Source: Octopus sinensis (lineage: Eukaryota). Taken from it: DNA of 64,000 bases. Made by a program: the position numbers and the translations under genes. The notes under the pieces are model-generated. The model ran no database searches. It was given only the letters and a program-made list of their open reading frames with translations, and was not told the origin of the DNA. Position 1 is the stretch's first letter. Every line of letters begins with the position of its first letter. Location: positions 54,622,001 through 54,686,000 of the forward strand of contig NC_042998.1 in assembly GCF_006345805.1 (NCBI RefSeq), in the 5' to 3' direction. Shown here piece after piece: positions 1-11,944 of the stretch.

Positions 1-347
1 AGACCCTGAGACTAGAATTCTGACTGCTCACACACATAAGCTGGCAAAACAGTGAGGTGAATGGCAATATGCTAGAGAGCACCAAGTATCATCCCAAAAG
101 TTTATAGAAGCAGCACTTAGATTCAGTCTACAGAACTAATATTTGACTCCAATTACTTACTTATACTTTCTTACCTTAAAAAGAAAATTGCTATAACAAT
201 GTCAATTCTTTCATGTATGAAATTAAATCTGACAGCAATTAAGCAGAGTATTATCGATGACATTAGCAGTATTGTCAAATATTCTATGAGGAACATTTGA
301 ATAACCATTAACACATTGGAATGATAGACACTTGTAGACAATGATAG

Positions 348-755
348 ACAATAGCTGGTGAAGTAAAATTACTGTTACAGATTGTTTGGACAAAATATAT
401 AGCTCGTGATAACAGAGAAAATATTTTCTCAACACAACAAGCAGAGGTCATTCTGGCACAACACCAAGACAAGAAAAAAAAAAGCATTAAAACAGAGAAA
501 AACTTATTGACCAATTCTATTCAATTTATTTGTTTTATTTATTTATTACTTTTGTGGGTTAGCCAAGAGAGAAAGGGCAGCAACCATGACAATTTAAAGA
601 GATTCCCAGAATGGTTGGATGAAGGAACAAGTAATTTTCATATTATAACATCAGGCCCAAATGCTAAAAGTATGCAATGGCCAGGGAGTGGTGTTCAACT
701 TGGGGAATTAACTCCTATAACTCAAACGCAGAGTAAAATAAATAATTCAAGATAA
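348..755 (+). CDS. Unassigned stop-to-stop open frame (135 codons), possibly an antisense/nested terminal exon (acceptor candidate ttttgtgggttAG at 562)
   Basis: Frame open from 348 to TAA at 753-755; not repeat-like; AATAAA near 779; no recognised homology. Confidence 0.25.
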   Translation, partial: TIAGEVKLLLQIVWTKYIARDNRENIFSTQQAEVILAQHQDKKKKSIKTEKNLLTNSIQFICFIYLLLLWVSQERKGSNHDNLKRFPEWLDEGTSNFHIITSGPNAKSMQWPGSGVQLGELTPITQTQSKINNSR

Positions 756-1413
756 TCTGAACATTAAGAATAATAATAAAAAAAAAGGAATTGTAATATT
801 CATGCAGAAAAATGAGTTTGTGAGTGACAGAGTGAAATATCAAAGTAATCATATGTGGAAGTGAATAGGTGTATATGTGTGATACCTGAATATTTTACAA
901 CAGAAAGATTACCGAATGAAGATTAAGAAAACAGTAAGAAATAGCAGTCTACTTTGGTTCTTCATAATAGAAATTGAAATCTTACTGTTTGTACACCTGT
1001 TTTTTTTTTAAACGTACACTGCATCCCTGCATTTTATAAGAGGCTACTAAAAGGGGTGGGCAACAGGAAGAGTATCAAGCCACACCACAGCTATAGGAAA
1101 CTCATCAAACCTATACCAGTATGGAATAGTAGCCATAAAATGATGATGATTATTAATAGGGATATAGTGTGCAAATTTAATATACTATCAGTTACTTGGT
1201 ATTTTTCTATGCTCATTCCCTTTCTAACTAAACAATTGATTTTGAAGCAAACATAGTACCTGTTTTATAGTTAGATAAACCAAGGCAAGAACACTTATTA
1301 AATTAGCACAGAATATAATGATATAATTAAAGTAGATGGCAGTTAATCAAGATCAAATAAGCCCATTTTTAACTATTGAAATAGCTGCAGATAAACAAAG
1401 CTGACTGAACATA

Positions 1414-1628
1414 TTAACCCTTTAACATTCAGATCACTCTGTCAAATATAATTCTTATTTATTTACATTGTTTAGAATTAATCATGCATCATCTCAAAGT
1501 TTCAAGATTTTGATAATGCAGCTGTTTATTTTTAGGATTATATTGCAATGTAGGTGAGAGAAAGGCCAGATCGGGCTCATTTGAATATAAAACATATAGA
1601 TAAGACTGGTTTAAATGCTAAAGATTAA
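1414..1628. mobile_element. piggyBac-type MITE (TTAA-CCCTTT...AAATGCTAAAG-TTAA family)
   Basis: TTAA at both ends; degenerate TIRs; shared internal sequence with copies at 4312, 20030 and 61631. Confidence 0.7.
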
Positions 1629-1783
1629 ATTACCGATACAAAACACATTCTTACAAATAAATTCTTACTCTTCTTAATCTAAACAATGAAGTTATTAAAC
1701 AAAACATTTCAACCTATAATCCACACACATTTGCAATCTTCTAATCCTCCTTTTTTCTACCACTACTACAATCATCATCATCG

Positions 1784-1839
1784 TCATCATCATTTAACAT
1801 CCATTGTCCATGCTGGCAACGGATGTTAAATGATGATGA
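1784..1839. repeat. Perfect 19-bp inverted repeat with 18-nt loop, made of two RTE-type tails
   Basis: TCATCATCATTTAACATCC ... GGATGTTAAATGATGATGA. Confidence 0.8.
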
Positions 1840-2207
1840 TGATGACAATGTTCACTGGAATTAGATGGTTACCTACCATGTCTACCCAAACGTGCCTGAC
1901 ACATTCATCTCTCCTCCTCTCACCACCCATATCAGGTCCCTTCCCTGCCCTGTATTAACCACTTTTACCAATCCTAGTGTCATCCCTCGGATATTCCTTT
2001 TTCACCCATGTTTTTACCTGAAGTCATCAACTTGCACTTGTTCAAAATGAAAATTAACATTGAAACTCATCAATTTCGCCAGTCTCAGAAGGCTTGCACA
2101 GACCACAAATTTCAGCTCAGACCTTTCCTCTTGACTAACCTGTCATAGTGAAAAAAATAAAATCTCTAGCAATAACAGAACAAACATGAAAACAGCATTC
2201 AACTTAC

Positions 2208-2346
2208 GAGAAGGTGTTCCAAACTCTAAGACAATATAATCGGCAGGTTTCATAAAATTCTGCTGGAGATTCACACTTCCTGAAATGCTGTTATTTGTGT
2301 CATTCTCATTTAATTCTTCTGGAATTGAACAATCCGATTCTTCTCC
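2208..2346 (-). CDS. KATNIP: KATNIP exon, phase 0->1: GEESDCSIPEELNENDTNNSISGSVNLQQNFMKPADYIVLEFGTPS
   Basis: ttttacatttaaAG / GTAAGT, 139 nt; DYIVLEFGTPS resembles human DTLVVLEFNPAS. Confidence 0.87.
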
Positions 2347-2974
2347 CTTTAAATGTAAAAAAATACATTTAAAAAATTAAAATTAAACCTTTCAAATTCA
2401 ATTTTAAGTATTAAGTAAAAGCTGGATTTTCCAAGAGCTATCAATCATTATTAAGAAGAAAAACAACGCACGACTGTAATTGCAAAAATGTTTTCCCATT
2501 AACTGAGTTACAATTATGAAAGTAATTCAAGAATTTATTAAGTGATTATTGGAGATTATACTGAGGAAAGAATATTTAAAGAATGTTGTGAGGATTCAAT
2601 AAAAAACAAAATAGCAACTGAAAAAAATTTTTTTTTAAATAAATATATCAAAAATAAAATGCTTTAATAAACAAAAAACAAAGAATATGGAAAAGTTAAT
2701 TGTATTAATTTTGTTTAATAATTAGTTTCCAGATTTGATTTTAAAGAAGACAATACAAGATTATAGATAAGCTGGGAGATTTGCAAGATTTGTAATATAA
2801 CAAATGAGATACTAGTCTAAGTCTATTAAGTATATTAATTTCCCTTTTAGATAAATTCAAATTCAATAAAAGAAAAATGAATGATGTAGAAAATATTACT
2901 AGTTCCTCCAACCACTCAGTGTTTTACATTTTAAGAACATTTAATCCATGTCTTTTGTAGTTGCTTTTGTTTAT

Positions 2975-3555
2975 TCATTTATTCTTCTACTGGTTTCAGT
3001 CATTTGACTACAGCCATGCTGGAACACCGCCTTAAAGGGGTTTCTAGTCAAAGATATCAATACCAGGACTTATTCTTTGTAAGCCTAGTACTTAATCTAT
3101 CGGTCTCTTTTGCCAAACCACTAGGTTACAGGAAGATAAACACACCAGCATCAGTTGTCAAGCAATGGTGGTGGAGATAAACACAAATACAAAACCATAC
3201 ACACACAAAAATATATACAAAATCAACAAGCTTCTTTCAGTTCCCATCTGCCAAATCCACCCACAAGGCTTTGGTTAGCCTAACACTATAATAGAAGACG
3301 CTTGCCCAAGATGTCACACAGTGGGACTGAACCCAGAACTATGTGGTTGGAAAGCAAGCTTTTAATCACACAGCCCCAACAGCGCATATATTTATATATA
3401 TGACAGGCTTCTATCAGTTTCTTTCTACCAAATCCACTCACAAGGTTTTGGTCAGCCTAGAACTATAGTAGAAGACACTTTCCCAAGTTGTCATACAGTG
3501 GGACTGAACCCAGAACTATGTGGTTGGGAAGCAAGCTTCTTACCAGACAGCCAAA
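2975..3555 (-). mobile_element. tRNA-derived CORE-like SINE (family A) plus a tandem second head fragment (~3400-3555)
   Basis: Reverse complements of A box TGTGTGGTAAG, B box GGTTCAGTCCC, CTTGGGCAAGTGTCTT core, internal (CA)n and CAGTCAAATGACTGAAAC tail. Confidence 0.8.
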
Positions 3556-3574
3556 CCTGCACCTGTCAATCACC

Positions 3575-3795
3575 CTCATCATCATCTAATGTCCATTAGA
3601 TGCATGGATCCTGCATGGATCAGACGGAATATGCTGAAGCAAACATTTTTTTTTATGGTCAGATGCCCTTCCTGAACTGTTGCCAATCCTCACCTGTTTT
3701 CCAAAGATAATTAAGGTTTTCATAGAAGACTGGATGTTGAACAACATTGCTTGTATGATGGTGATGCTCATTTACAACCATCACATGATGACAAA
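3575..3795 (-). mobile_element. Truncated RTE-type 3' end, variant family (relatives near 23390, 51840, 54895, 63790)
   Basis: (CAT)n tail, GATGCCCTTCC...GCCAATCCTCACCTGTTTCCAA motif. Confidence 0.6.
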
Positions 3796-4311
3796 AGAAA
3801 GGACACACACACACACACATGTGCACGCACTTTAATATATAGGAGGCAAATGCCTTCCATCCTGCCCTTATTCACTTTGAAATTTCAGCATCCACATCTT
3901 AGTGCATTTTGGTTCCCAGACTTTTTCAGGCTGCTGCTCCCTTGATACCAAGGCCACATTCTGGGCACCCCCACCTCAACTAACCACCACAAATATAGGC
4001 CTCTCTCTGAAGCAAATTCATAGAAACTGTATTTAAAAAGTAAAACTTAATCTAAGGAACCCGTTATTTTGTTGCTTTTCCACCACCCCCAGTGGGTGGT
4101 ATTGCCCCCCTGAGGGGGGTGGGGGGAGTGGAATGCCACCCACTTTGAGAGCCACTGGTATACATGGTCCAACCCATACCAGCATGGAAAACAGATATTA
4201 ATTTATGATGATGGTGACTCATTTACCTCCTTTATGTCATCACTTCCCACCTTTAATTGGCCTTATGATATGACTTCAGACCACACATATTTTATTTCCA
4301 TGCAGTTCATT

Positions 4312-4539
4312 TTAACTCTTTAGCATTCACGTTCCTCTGTCAAATATAATGCTCATTTATTCATTTTGTTTTGAATTAATCAGGCATTATCATGTAGCTT
4401 CAAGATTCTGATGATGGGACTGTTTTTCCTAACAATGACATTGTAAGGCAGGTATGAGAGGCTTGATCTGGCCAGTTTGAACATAAAACAGGTAGAATAT
4501 TTGGGCCAGATATGACTGGTTTAAATGCTAAAGAGTTAA
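4312..4539. mobile_element. piggyBac-type MITE
   Basis: TTAACTCTTTAGCATT ... AATGCTAAAGAGTTAA termini. Confidence 0.8.
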
Positions 4540-5269
4540 AGCCTAAAACTGAGCTATGGGTATCCATCAAATTAAGGCATCAGTTGACCCAGGGCTATAG
4601 TAGAAGACATTTACCCAAGATGTCATGAAGTGGGACTGAACCCAAAACTACATGGTTACAATGCAAGCATCTTAACCACACTGCCATACCTGCTTCTATT
4701 TATATATAATTCATGTGTATTTTCTTTCTCACTTAGTTCTAACTTCTCATTGTTAAAAATATTCCAACTTTGAAATGCCTTTTATTGGAAGAGAACGTTT
4801 ACAGTATTCAATGTATACTTCATCCAACTTTTTAAGACAGAAGCATGTGATTTCCCCTTTGAGAAATTTAACCTAAATTTGAAACACTAGCAAAAGAAGA
4901 AATAAAGATAGACTTTTTTTCTATTCCACAGAAAAATGATTTTATTCACACAAATATGCAACCGAAGAGTTTAAAGTACCAGTAATGATAAGGCTGTTGA
5001 CTGGGAGAACACAAACATGGTAAATCATTTATTAGCAAGAAAACAGTATTTTATTCCTTGAATAAAAAGCAATCAGTGTTTTCTTTTCATTAAAAAATAA
5101 TTAAGCATGCCTTTATTTCAATAAAATTTTTGGTTTTGTTAAATGAAGTTAAAGCAAAAAAAAATTTCTTGAGAAACCAAATATTCTTTCCTTCCTTCAT
5201 GCCAAGTTTGAAGAAAATATCTCTTTTGCATCTTACTTATTTGGTCTCTTAAATATATTGCATTTTGTG

Positions 5270-5560
5270 GCATTATTTCAAGCCAGCTGGAGATTTTGGG
5301 GCAAACTGCACGTGCATTCTTCTCGCGTATGCATAGTATCGATTGCAACAGCTGATGTACTTGCACATACAAATGCACGTTCCCACGGCTTTATCGATCG
5401 CATTCTCACCTGGAATCAATTTTTGTAATTTTTTCAAGACTTATACATGCCCAGATACCGTCGGCATCTACATATCAAATTTGAGAGCAATCGGATGGAG
5501 AATGCCCAAGATCCTATAAGACACACACACAGACAGACAGAACCAGTTGTATATAATAGA
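5270..5560 (-). mobile_element. Non-autonomous Helitron/DINE-like 5' portion
   Basis: Minus strand begins A|TCTATTATATA, then (TCTG)n/(TG)n and CCGATTGCTCTCAAATTTG; 3' end not located. Confidence 0.5.
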
Positions 5561-5899
5561 TAATCATTGATGTATATTTGATGCTAAAACCACTTGTGTT
5601 TCAAGAGTTATCATTTCTGACTTCTGGTTGTTGTTGTTGTTGTTGTGGCTTGTTTAACTCCAGGTCAGCCTCATTTGAGCAAACTTATGATCAAAGGCAT
5701 TTTACTCCCAAGCCAGCTTTGATGAGGCAGACTGATGCTGAAAGGTATTTCAACTGTCATTATCCTATCGCTTTAGCACCATATAGAAATATGTTAACCC
5801 TTCTAATACTGACCTGCATGAGACCACCCCTGGTTCTTTCATACAAACTTCCTGTTTTAAAAGGAGTTAAATTAGAACCTTCCATCAAACTTTAATAAT

Positions 5900-6790
5900 A
5901 CTCTTTTACTTGTTTCAGTCATTTGACAGTGGTCATGCTGGAGCACCACCTTTAGTCAAGCAAATCTACCCCAGGACTTATTCTTTGTAAGCCTAGTACT
6001 TATTCTATCAGTCTCTTTTGCCAAACGGCTAAGTTATAGGGACGTAAACACACCAGCATCAGTTGTCAAGCGATGTTGGGGGGACAAACACAGACATATA
6101 CACACACGTACATATCATATTCATCATCATCATCATCGTTTAACGTCCGATCTCCATGCTAGCATGGGTTGGATGGTTCGACCGGAGATCTGGGAAGCCA
6201 GAAGGATTGCACCAGGCTCCAGTCTTATCTGGCAATGTTTCTACAGCTGGATGCCCTTCCTAATGCCAACCACTCCGTGAGTATAGTGGGTGCTTTTTAC
6301 GTGCCACCTGCACAGGTGCCAGGCGAGGCTGGCAACGGCCACGGTCGGATCGGTGTATTTTATGTGCCACCGGCACGGAAGCCAGTCGAGGCGGTGCTGG
6401 CATCGGCCACGAGTCGGATAGTGCTTTTTACGTACCACCAGACCAGGGATCCTGGCTGGTTCAATTCGATTTCGCTTGCCCCAACATGTCTTCGCAAGCA
6501 AAGGGGGTTGGCATGGGTGCCTGTCGTATGGTCGGATTGGTGTATTTTACGTGCCACCGGCACGGAAGCCAGTGGAGGCGGCGCTGGCATCGGCCACGAG
6601 TCGGATAGTGCTTTTTACGTACCACCAGACCATACGACGGGCTTCTTTCAGTTTCCGTCTACCAAATCCACTCACAAGGCTCTGGTCAGCCTGAGGCTAT
6701 AGTAGAAGACACTTGCCCAAGGTGCCACACAGTGGGACTGAACCCAGAACCATGTGGTTGGTAAGCAAGCTACTTACCACATAGCCACTT
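5900..6790 (-). mobile_element. SINE family A split at its internal microsatellite by an RTE 3' fragment
   Basis: Tail half ~5900-6110 and head half ~6634-6790 are collinear with the intact copy at 40515-40905. Confidence 0.85.
6121..6633 (-). mobile_element. 5'-truncated RTE LINE 3' UTR with five hairpin-repeat modules
   Basis: (GAT)n tail; GTTGGC.TTAGGAAGGGCATCCAGC terminal motif; repeated GGTGCTTTTTACGTGCCACC units; ~187-bp internal duplication. Confidence 0.85.
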
Positions 6791-6804
6791 GTTCTAGACA
6801 GTGA

Positions 6805-7105
6805 TGGTGCGTGACCTAGTGGTTAGAATATTCAGCTCATGATCATAAGCTTATGAGTTTGATTTCCTGAGACACTTTATTTCAGGTTGCTCCAGTCCAC
6901 ACAGCTGACAAAAATGAGTAGTATCTGCATTTCAAAGGGCCAGACTTGTCACAATATGTGTCATGCTGAATCTCCCTGTGAACTATGTTAAGTATACATG
7001 TGTCTGTGAAGTGCTCATATTAATTTCATATTAATTTCATGAGCAGGCTGTTCCATTGATCAGATCAACTGGAACCTTTGTCATTGTAATCAACAGGGTG
7101 CCAGA
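6805..7105 (+). mobile_element. tRNA-derived SINE family C (copies also near 26690, 27410, 30590, 33825, 47895, 59630)
   Basis: CCTAGTGGTTAG A box; GACACTTTATTTCA.GTTGCTCCAGTCCAC core; TTGATC.GATCAACTGGAACC tail. Confidence 0.75.
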
Positions 7106-7574
7106 GCCATGCCGTGTTCTAGATACCAGCTAAATTCTTCATTATTTCATAACTAATCAAAACCCATGCTGTGTATTTCAATAGACGTGGTAACAAAAGA
7201 CTTAACTTATGTATCCCTCCTAATTTAAAATGGAGTGTGAATTGAGAAGAATTTGGTTGCTAATTCTAACATATGTCTCATCTAAGTTCTATTGATTGTA
7301 GCACTGTCTGTTTCCAATGAAAGCTTGTCATTTTCCATTACAATAAACAGGTGTCAGATTAAACAAAGTGTAGAAACTGACACAATTTTATATGAAAGAC
7401 AATTGTAAAAGAAAGTGCCTAAGAGAAAGTTGGATTGATGTGTGCTCATAGACACTCTGGAGAACAAGTCAGTGACATTGATAACAATTCATTTTGCTGC
7501 TAAACTACGGAGTCATTTGGTTTTACACCTGTTTTCTTATATGCTAGGAAGAGTTAAATGAATATATTATCGAG

Positions 7575-7935
7575 GCTTGGCCATGTGGTAAGAAGTTTGC
7601 TTCCCAACCACATGGCTCCAGGTTCAGTCCCACAGAGTTGCACCACAGGCAAATGTCTTCTACTATAGCCTCAAACTGATCAAAGTTTTGTGACTGGATT
7701 TGATAGATGAAAACTGAAAGAAGTCAATCATATATATGTGTGCATGTATGTGTGTCTGTGTCTTTGTATCTATGCTTGTCCCCCACCACTGCTTGACAAC
7801 CAGTGGCAAAAGAAACCAACAGAATAAGTACCAGGCTTTAGAAACCAAAAATAAGTACTGAGATCAAATTGTTCAACTAAAATTCTTCAAAGGTGGTGCC
7901 CCAGCATGGATGCAGTCTAATGACTGAAACAATAA
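7575..7935 (+). mobile_element. SINE family A
   Basis: Complete head-core-(TG)n-tail organisation. Confidence 0.8.
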
Positions 7936-8079
7936 AACATGAAAGAACCAGATGCTTTTCCCTGCTTCTCACTCTTACCTGCGTTTCAAATAAATCATCT
8001 TTCATTTCACGTTTTTGAAGACTTAAAGCAGAGTTTTGTTTACAGGGGAAATAACAATAATGTCACTGCTCCTCGCCGC

Positions 8080-8270
8080 CACCATCGTTTAATGTCCGCT
8101 TTCCATGCTAGCATGGGTTGGACGATTTGACTGAGAACTGGCGAACCAGATGGCTGCACCAGGCTCCAATCATGATCTGGCAGAGTTTCAACAGCTGGAT
8201 GCCCTTCCTAACACCAACCACTCCGAGAGTGTAGTGGGTGCTTTTACATACCACCGACATGAGGGCCAGT
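8080..8270 (-). mobile_element. Truncated RTE 3' end
   Basis: CATCGTTTAATGTCCGC...GGATGCCCTTCCTAAC...GGTGCTTTTACATACCACC. Confidence 0.75.
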
Positions 8271-8953
8271 CAGGTGGTACTGGCAACTTGTAATTCAGTA
8301 AATTTAGGAGAAGCACAAATGTAAACAGACACATACATGCACACACAGACACACACGTGCACACACAGACACATATGCTTACCCACATGCAAACACACAT
8401 GCTCACAAGGAACTTCTTTCAGTGTTGAATTCCACTTGCAAGACTTTGGTCAGCATTTTTTATCTTTTACTTGTTTCAGTTGTTACACTGCGCCCATGCT
8501 GGGGCATCAGCTTGAAGAATTTTTTGTTGAATGTAATGACCCCGGTACTATAGCTGGTCATAGACTGACCAATGGCTTCACATCCATAAAGCTAAGCACT
8601 TTATGGATGTAAAACCATCGGTCACTCTATGACCAGCAATATAAGCAAACTCCTGTAAATATAGTATTTTGCTCCACCTTTGGTATTCAAGTACAATTTC
8701 TTCCACCTTATTTTGCACCTACTTGCTTGTGTGTGTATGCACACACACACACACACACTTTTTGAATAAGCTAAAGTGAAAATTAAAGCCTAGATAACTC
8801 AAACATGATTAATAAATTTAACTCTACTAACAGCATAGAGTCCCACTACAAGTAATTAGTTTGTTTTCTATAAATTAATTAGCAACACCAACTTTTGATT
8901 TTCTCTCATCCTGTATTGTTATTATTATTATTATTATTATTACTATTACTATT

Positions 8954-11364
8954 CCGTAGTTTTAATTTTTATAGCGTGCTTTCACTTCACTACCGAGCGC
9001 AGCTCTGTGTGCCTTGGGTAAGTGAGACATCATTTGTTGTGATGCTCTGATGGTTATTGTATGGAAAGTGTTCTGCGTAGAATGTGTGCAGTGCCTAGTA
9101 GTGCAATTTTCTGTATGTTATATGTGTTTGTAAGTCCTGGTGTTTTTGTTATGTATTTGTCTGAATATTTTTTATCATGCCTAATGCACCTATTATGATA
9201 GGAATTGTTTCTGCTTTTAGATTCCACATTCTGGTTACCTCTATTTCCAGGTCTTTGTATTTTGAAAGTTTCTCCATTTCTTTTAGAGACACGTTGTCAT
9301 CTGCTGGTATTGATACATCAATTAGAAAGCATTTTTTTCCTTCATGATCTCTGACAACTATATTTGGTCTGTTGGCCTTAATTTCTCTATCAGTGTGCAT
9401 CGGCATATCCCAGAGTATGGTTGCTTTCTCGTTTTCTGTGACCTTTTCTGGTGTGTGCCTATACCATCTTTTTTCTGATGTTATTCCATAATGTTGGCAT
9501 AGCTTCCAGTGTATGTAGGTCCCAACTCTGTTATGTCTGTGAATATATTCCTTTTTAGCCGGGACTGGGCAGCCAGAGATAATATGACTTATTGTTTCTT
9601 GTCCATCTCCACATATTCTGCAGTTACTTGTTATATTTCTTTTTATTACATGTTTTTGGTAATTTCTGGTGGGGAGGCTTTGGTCTTGTGCTGCAATTAA
9701 AAGTCCCTCTGTCTCTGCTTTGAGTCCTGAGCATCTCAACCATTGCTGGGATTTTTCTTTGTCTATTTCTTTTGCATTTAGTTTAGTCCAGTATTTACCA
9801 TGAAGGGGTTTTCTTGCCATCGTTTTATCATGGTTCTTTGCTGTTCTAGTTTTAGTTTGGATTTCATTTGTTTTATAACTTTTGTTGTTTCTTCATCTTC
9901 TTCTTCTTCTTCTTCTTCATATTTGTTAGGTGGTATGATTTCTTGTTTGTATTTGTCAGCTTCCTTAAATACTGAGAAAAGTTTTTTGTTTTGCTCGTGT
10001 TTTGCTGCTATTTGTATCAGTTTTCCTTCCTTCTGAAGTAGATATTTTTGCAGTCCTATTGTGGTTATGTTATAGTAGTTTTCCAGCTGTATAAGGCCTC
10101 TACCACCTTCTATACGTTGTATATATAGTCTTTCTATGTCAGATTTTGGGTGATGCATCCTAGATCCTGTCATTATTTTTCTTATTTTCCTATCTATTTT
10201 GGTCAGTTCATTTTGTGTCCAGTTAAGGATATTGTAGCTGTAACTTATAACTGGGACAGCTAAAATGTTAATACCTATTATCTTGTTTTTAGCATTGAGC
10301 TCTGTTTTTGGTATTGATCTAACTCGTCTATAATATTCTTTTTTTTATTTTCTCTTTCATTTGTGTGTGTTGTGTCTTATCTAGTTCATGGATTTCTAAG
10401 TATTTGTAAGTTTGGCTTTGGTCTAATTCTTTTATTTCATTGGTTTTATCTAGTGTGATGTTGCTACTCTTAACTAGTTTTCCTCTTTTCAGAGTTACTT
10501 TGGCGCATTTTTCTAATCCAAATTTCATTCTATTTCTTTGGTAAATCCATGAACTGTCTTTAATAGTGTTTCCAGCTGTTTGTCATTTGCAGCGTATAGT
10601 TTTAGGTCATCCATATATAAAAGGTGGCTGATCGACTTGTCGTAACATTTATATCCGCATCCAGTTCTATTTAGCATATCAGATAGAGGTGACAGTGCCA
10701 AGCAGAAAAGGAGTGGAGAGAGCGTGTCTCCCTGGAATATTCCTCTTCTAATGGGGATGGCTTTGGTTTTCATGAGTCCCTCTTTTGTTTGGAGCTGTAG
10801 CACTGTTTGCCATTTATTCATAGAGTGTCCTATGTATTTTATAATTGTTGGTGCTACTTTGTTAAAGGCTAGTGTTTCGAGGATCCATGTGTGGGGGATG
10901 CTATCAAATGCCTTTTTGTAGTCGATCCAGGCCATACTGAGGCCTTTCTTCTTTCTGTGGCTGTCTTCAGTTATGGCCTTAGTTGATCTTTACAGCTATA
11001 TGAGCCTTTGCAGCATCCTTTCTGCTCTTCTGGAAATAGGTTGTTTTCATTCAGGTGCTTGTTCAATCTTTGCGATATTACTTTGCAGCATCCTTTCTGC
11101 TCTTCTGGAAACAGGTTGTTTTCATCCAGGTGCTTGTTCAATCTTTGCGATATTACTGCAGTAAATGCCTTGTATATTGTAGGGAGACAGGTTATAGGTC
11201 TGTAGTTTTCTGGTTTTGCTGTCTCATTTGATTTGGGAATTAAGATGGTTTTCCCCTTCGTGAGCCATTCAGGCATTGTCTCTGGCTCTGCTAGTATGTT
11301 GTTAAAGTTTTCAGCCAGCTTTTTGTGCATTCCTGTTAGATATTTCAACCAGAAGTTGGGGATC
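8954..11364 (-). mobile_element. 5'-truncated Dong/R4-like non-LTR retrotransposon (RT + CCHC + restriction-like endonuclease), frameshifted
   Basis: ORF pieces: PEWLTKGKTILIPK..NYRPITCL; WIDYKKAFDS; GIFQGDTLSPLLF; HLLYMDDLKL; CRICG..ETISHIISGC; RPNIVV..LIDVSIP..EKLSKYKDL. At least four frame changes. (TAA)n on both flanks. Confidence 0.95.
11006..11155. repeat. In-frame 75-bp tandem duplication inside the RT domain
   Basis: 11006-11080 vs 11081-11155, 2 mismatches; repeats VISQRLNKHLxENNLFPEEQKGCCK. Confidence 0.95.
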
Positions 11365-11393
11365 TTATTATTACTATTATTATTATTATTATT

Positions 11394-11944
11394 GAGTGAA
11401 AGAGCAGTGCATGCCATCAAAGTGACACTGGGGTAAAATATACGAAGCCCCATCATGACTACCCGTCTGATAAGGGTACATTAGGCACATGCATCACAAC
11501 CATACGTGCGCAACATGGTGATCTCATATCAAGATAAACAGCACATGACCTTGCAGGTGGGGCCCAGTTAGAATTTTTTTGCTGGTCGAGTAACCCATCC
11601 CGCTCAAAAGGTCCCTGAATAAGGGTTGTTTAAGAATGTTGAATGAAACACCCATGTTTCCAGAAGTGAATTATTCAAACCCCAAAGAATCCCACTCAAC
11701 ACATGGCTATGCTGCTCTCCCACTACTTCTGCTCGTGATCAGAGATGGACATATTGTCAGCCACTAAGGGACATGTTCAACTGGTTACGGTCAAACAACT
11801 GACAAGCAAATCTGAGGTATTGAGCAGAATATTGGCTGTAGCTCATCTTTTATACCAAGACAAAACAATGTACATGATAACACTTCCAATCAGTTAAGAT
11901 CAGAAGCCACGAGAGCTACTGCCTGGTACTGCATCAGAGCATTC
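11394..11944. mobile_element. ~550-bp non-coding element bounded by (TAA)n tracts, probably non-autonomous
   Basis: Higher-GC block between (TTA)n at 11365-11393 and 11945-11982; no ORF. Confidence 0.55.

Noticed and set aside
175-283. Minus-strand exon candidate ending at a strong AAG|GTAAGA donor
   Set aside because: The phase-compatible reading is hydrophobic and unlike the expected KATNIP continuation; no convincing acceptor
6398-6430. GGCATCGGCCACGAGTCGGATAGTGCTTTTT resembles the Cas9 sgRNA terminal hairpin
   Set aside because: Short chance similarity within the RTE module; the rest of the scaffold is absent
6290-6633. CRISPR-like repeat-spacer array
   Set aside because: Eukaryotic intron with no cas genes; linkers are related to each other and recur in other copies; the array is part of an RTE 3' UTR
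6169-6702. 177-aa ORF and similar MDGS.../QLDALPNANH ORFs across the window
   Set aside because: Stop-poor GC-rich repeat UTR sequence read by chance, recurring in each repeat copy
10971-11456. Apparent start MMGLRIF...NNNNN for the LINE ORF
   Set aside because: Fortuitous fusion of the neighbouring element and the (TAA)n tract to a 5'-truncated RT
11895-11925. HDV-like P3/L3 motif (AGC TCTCGTG GCT, minus strand) at the element end
   Set aside because: No matching P1/P2/P4 pairing could be built by eye
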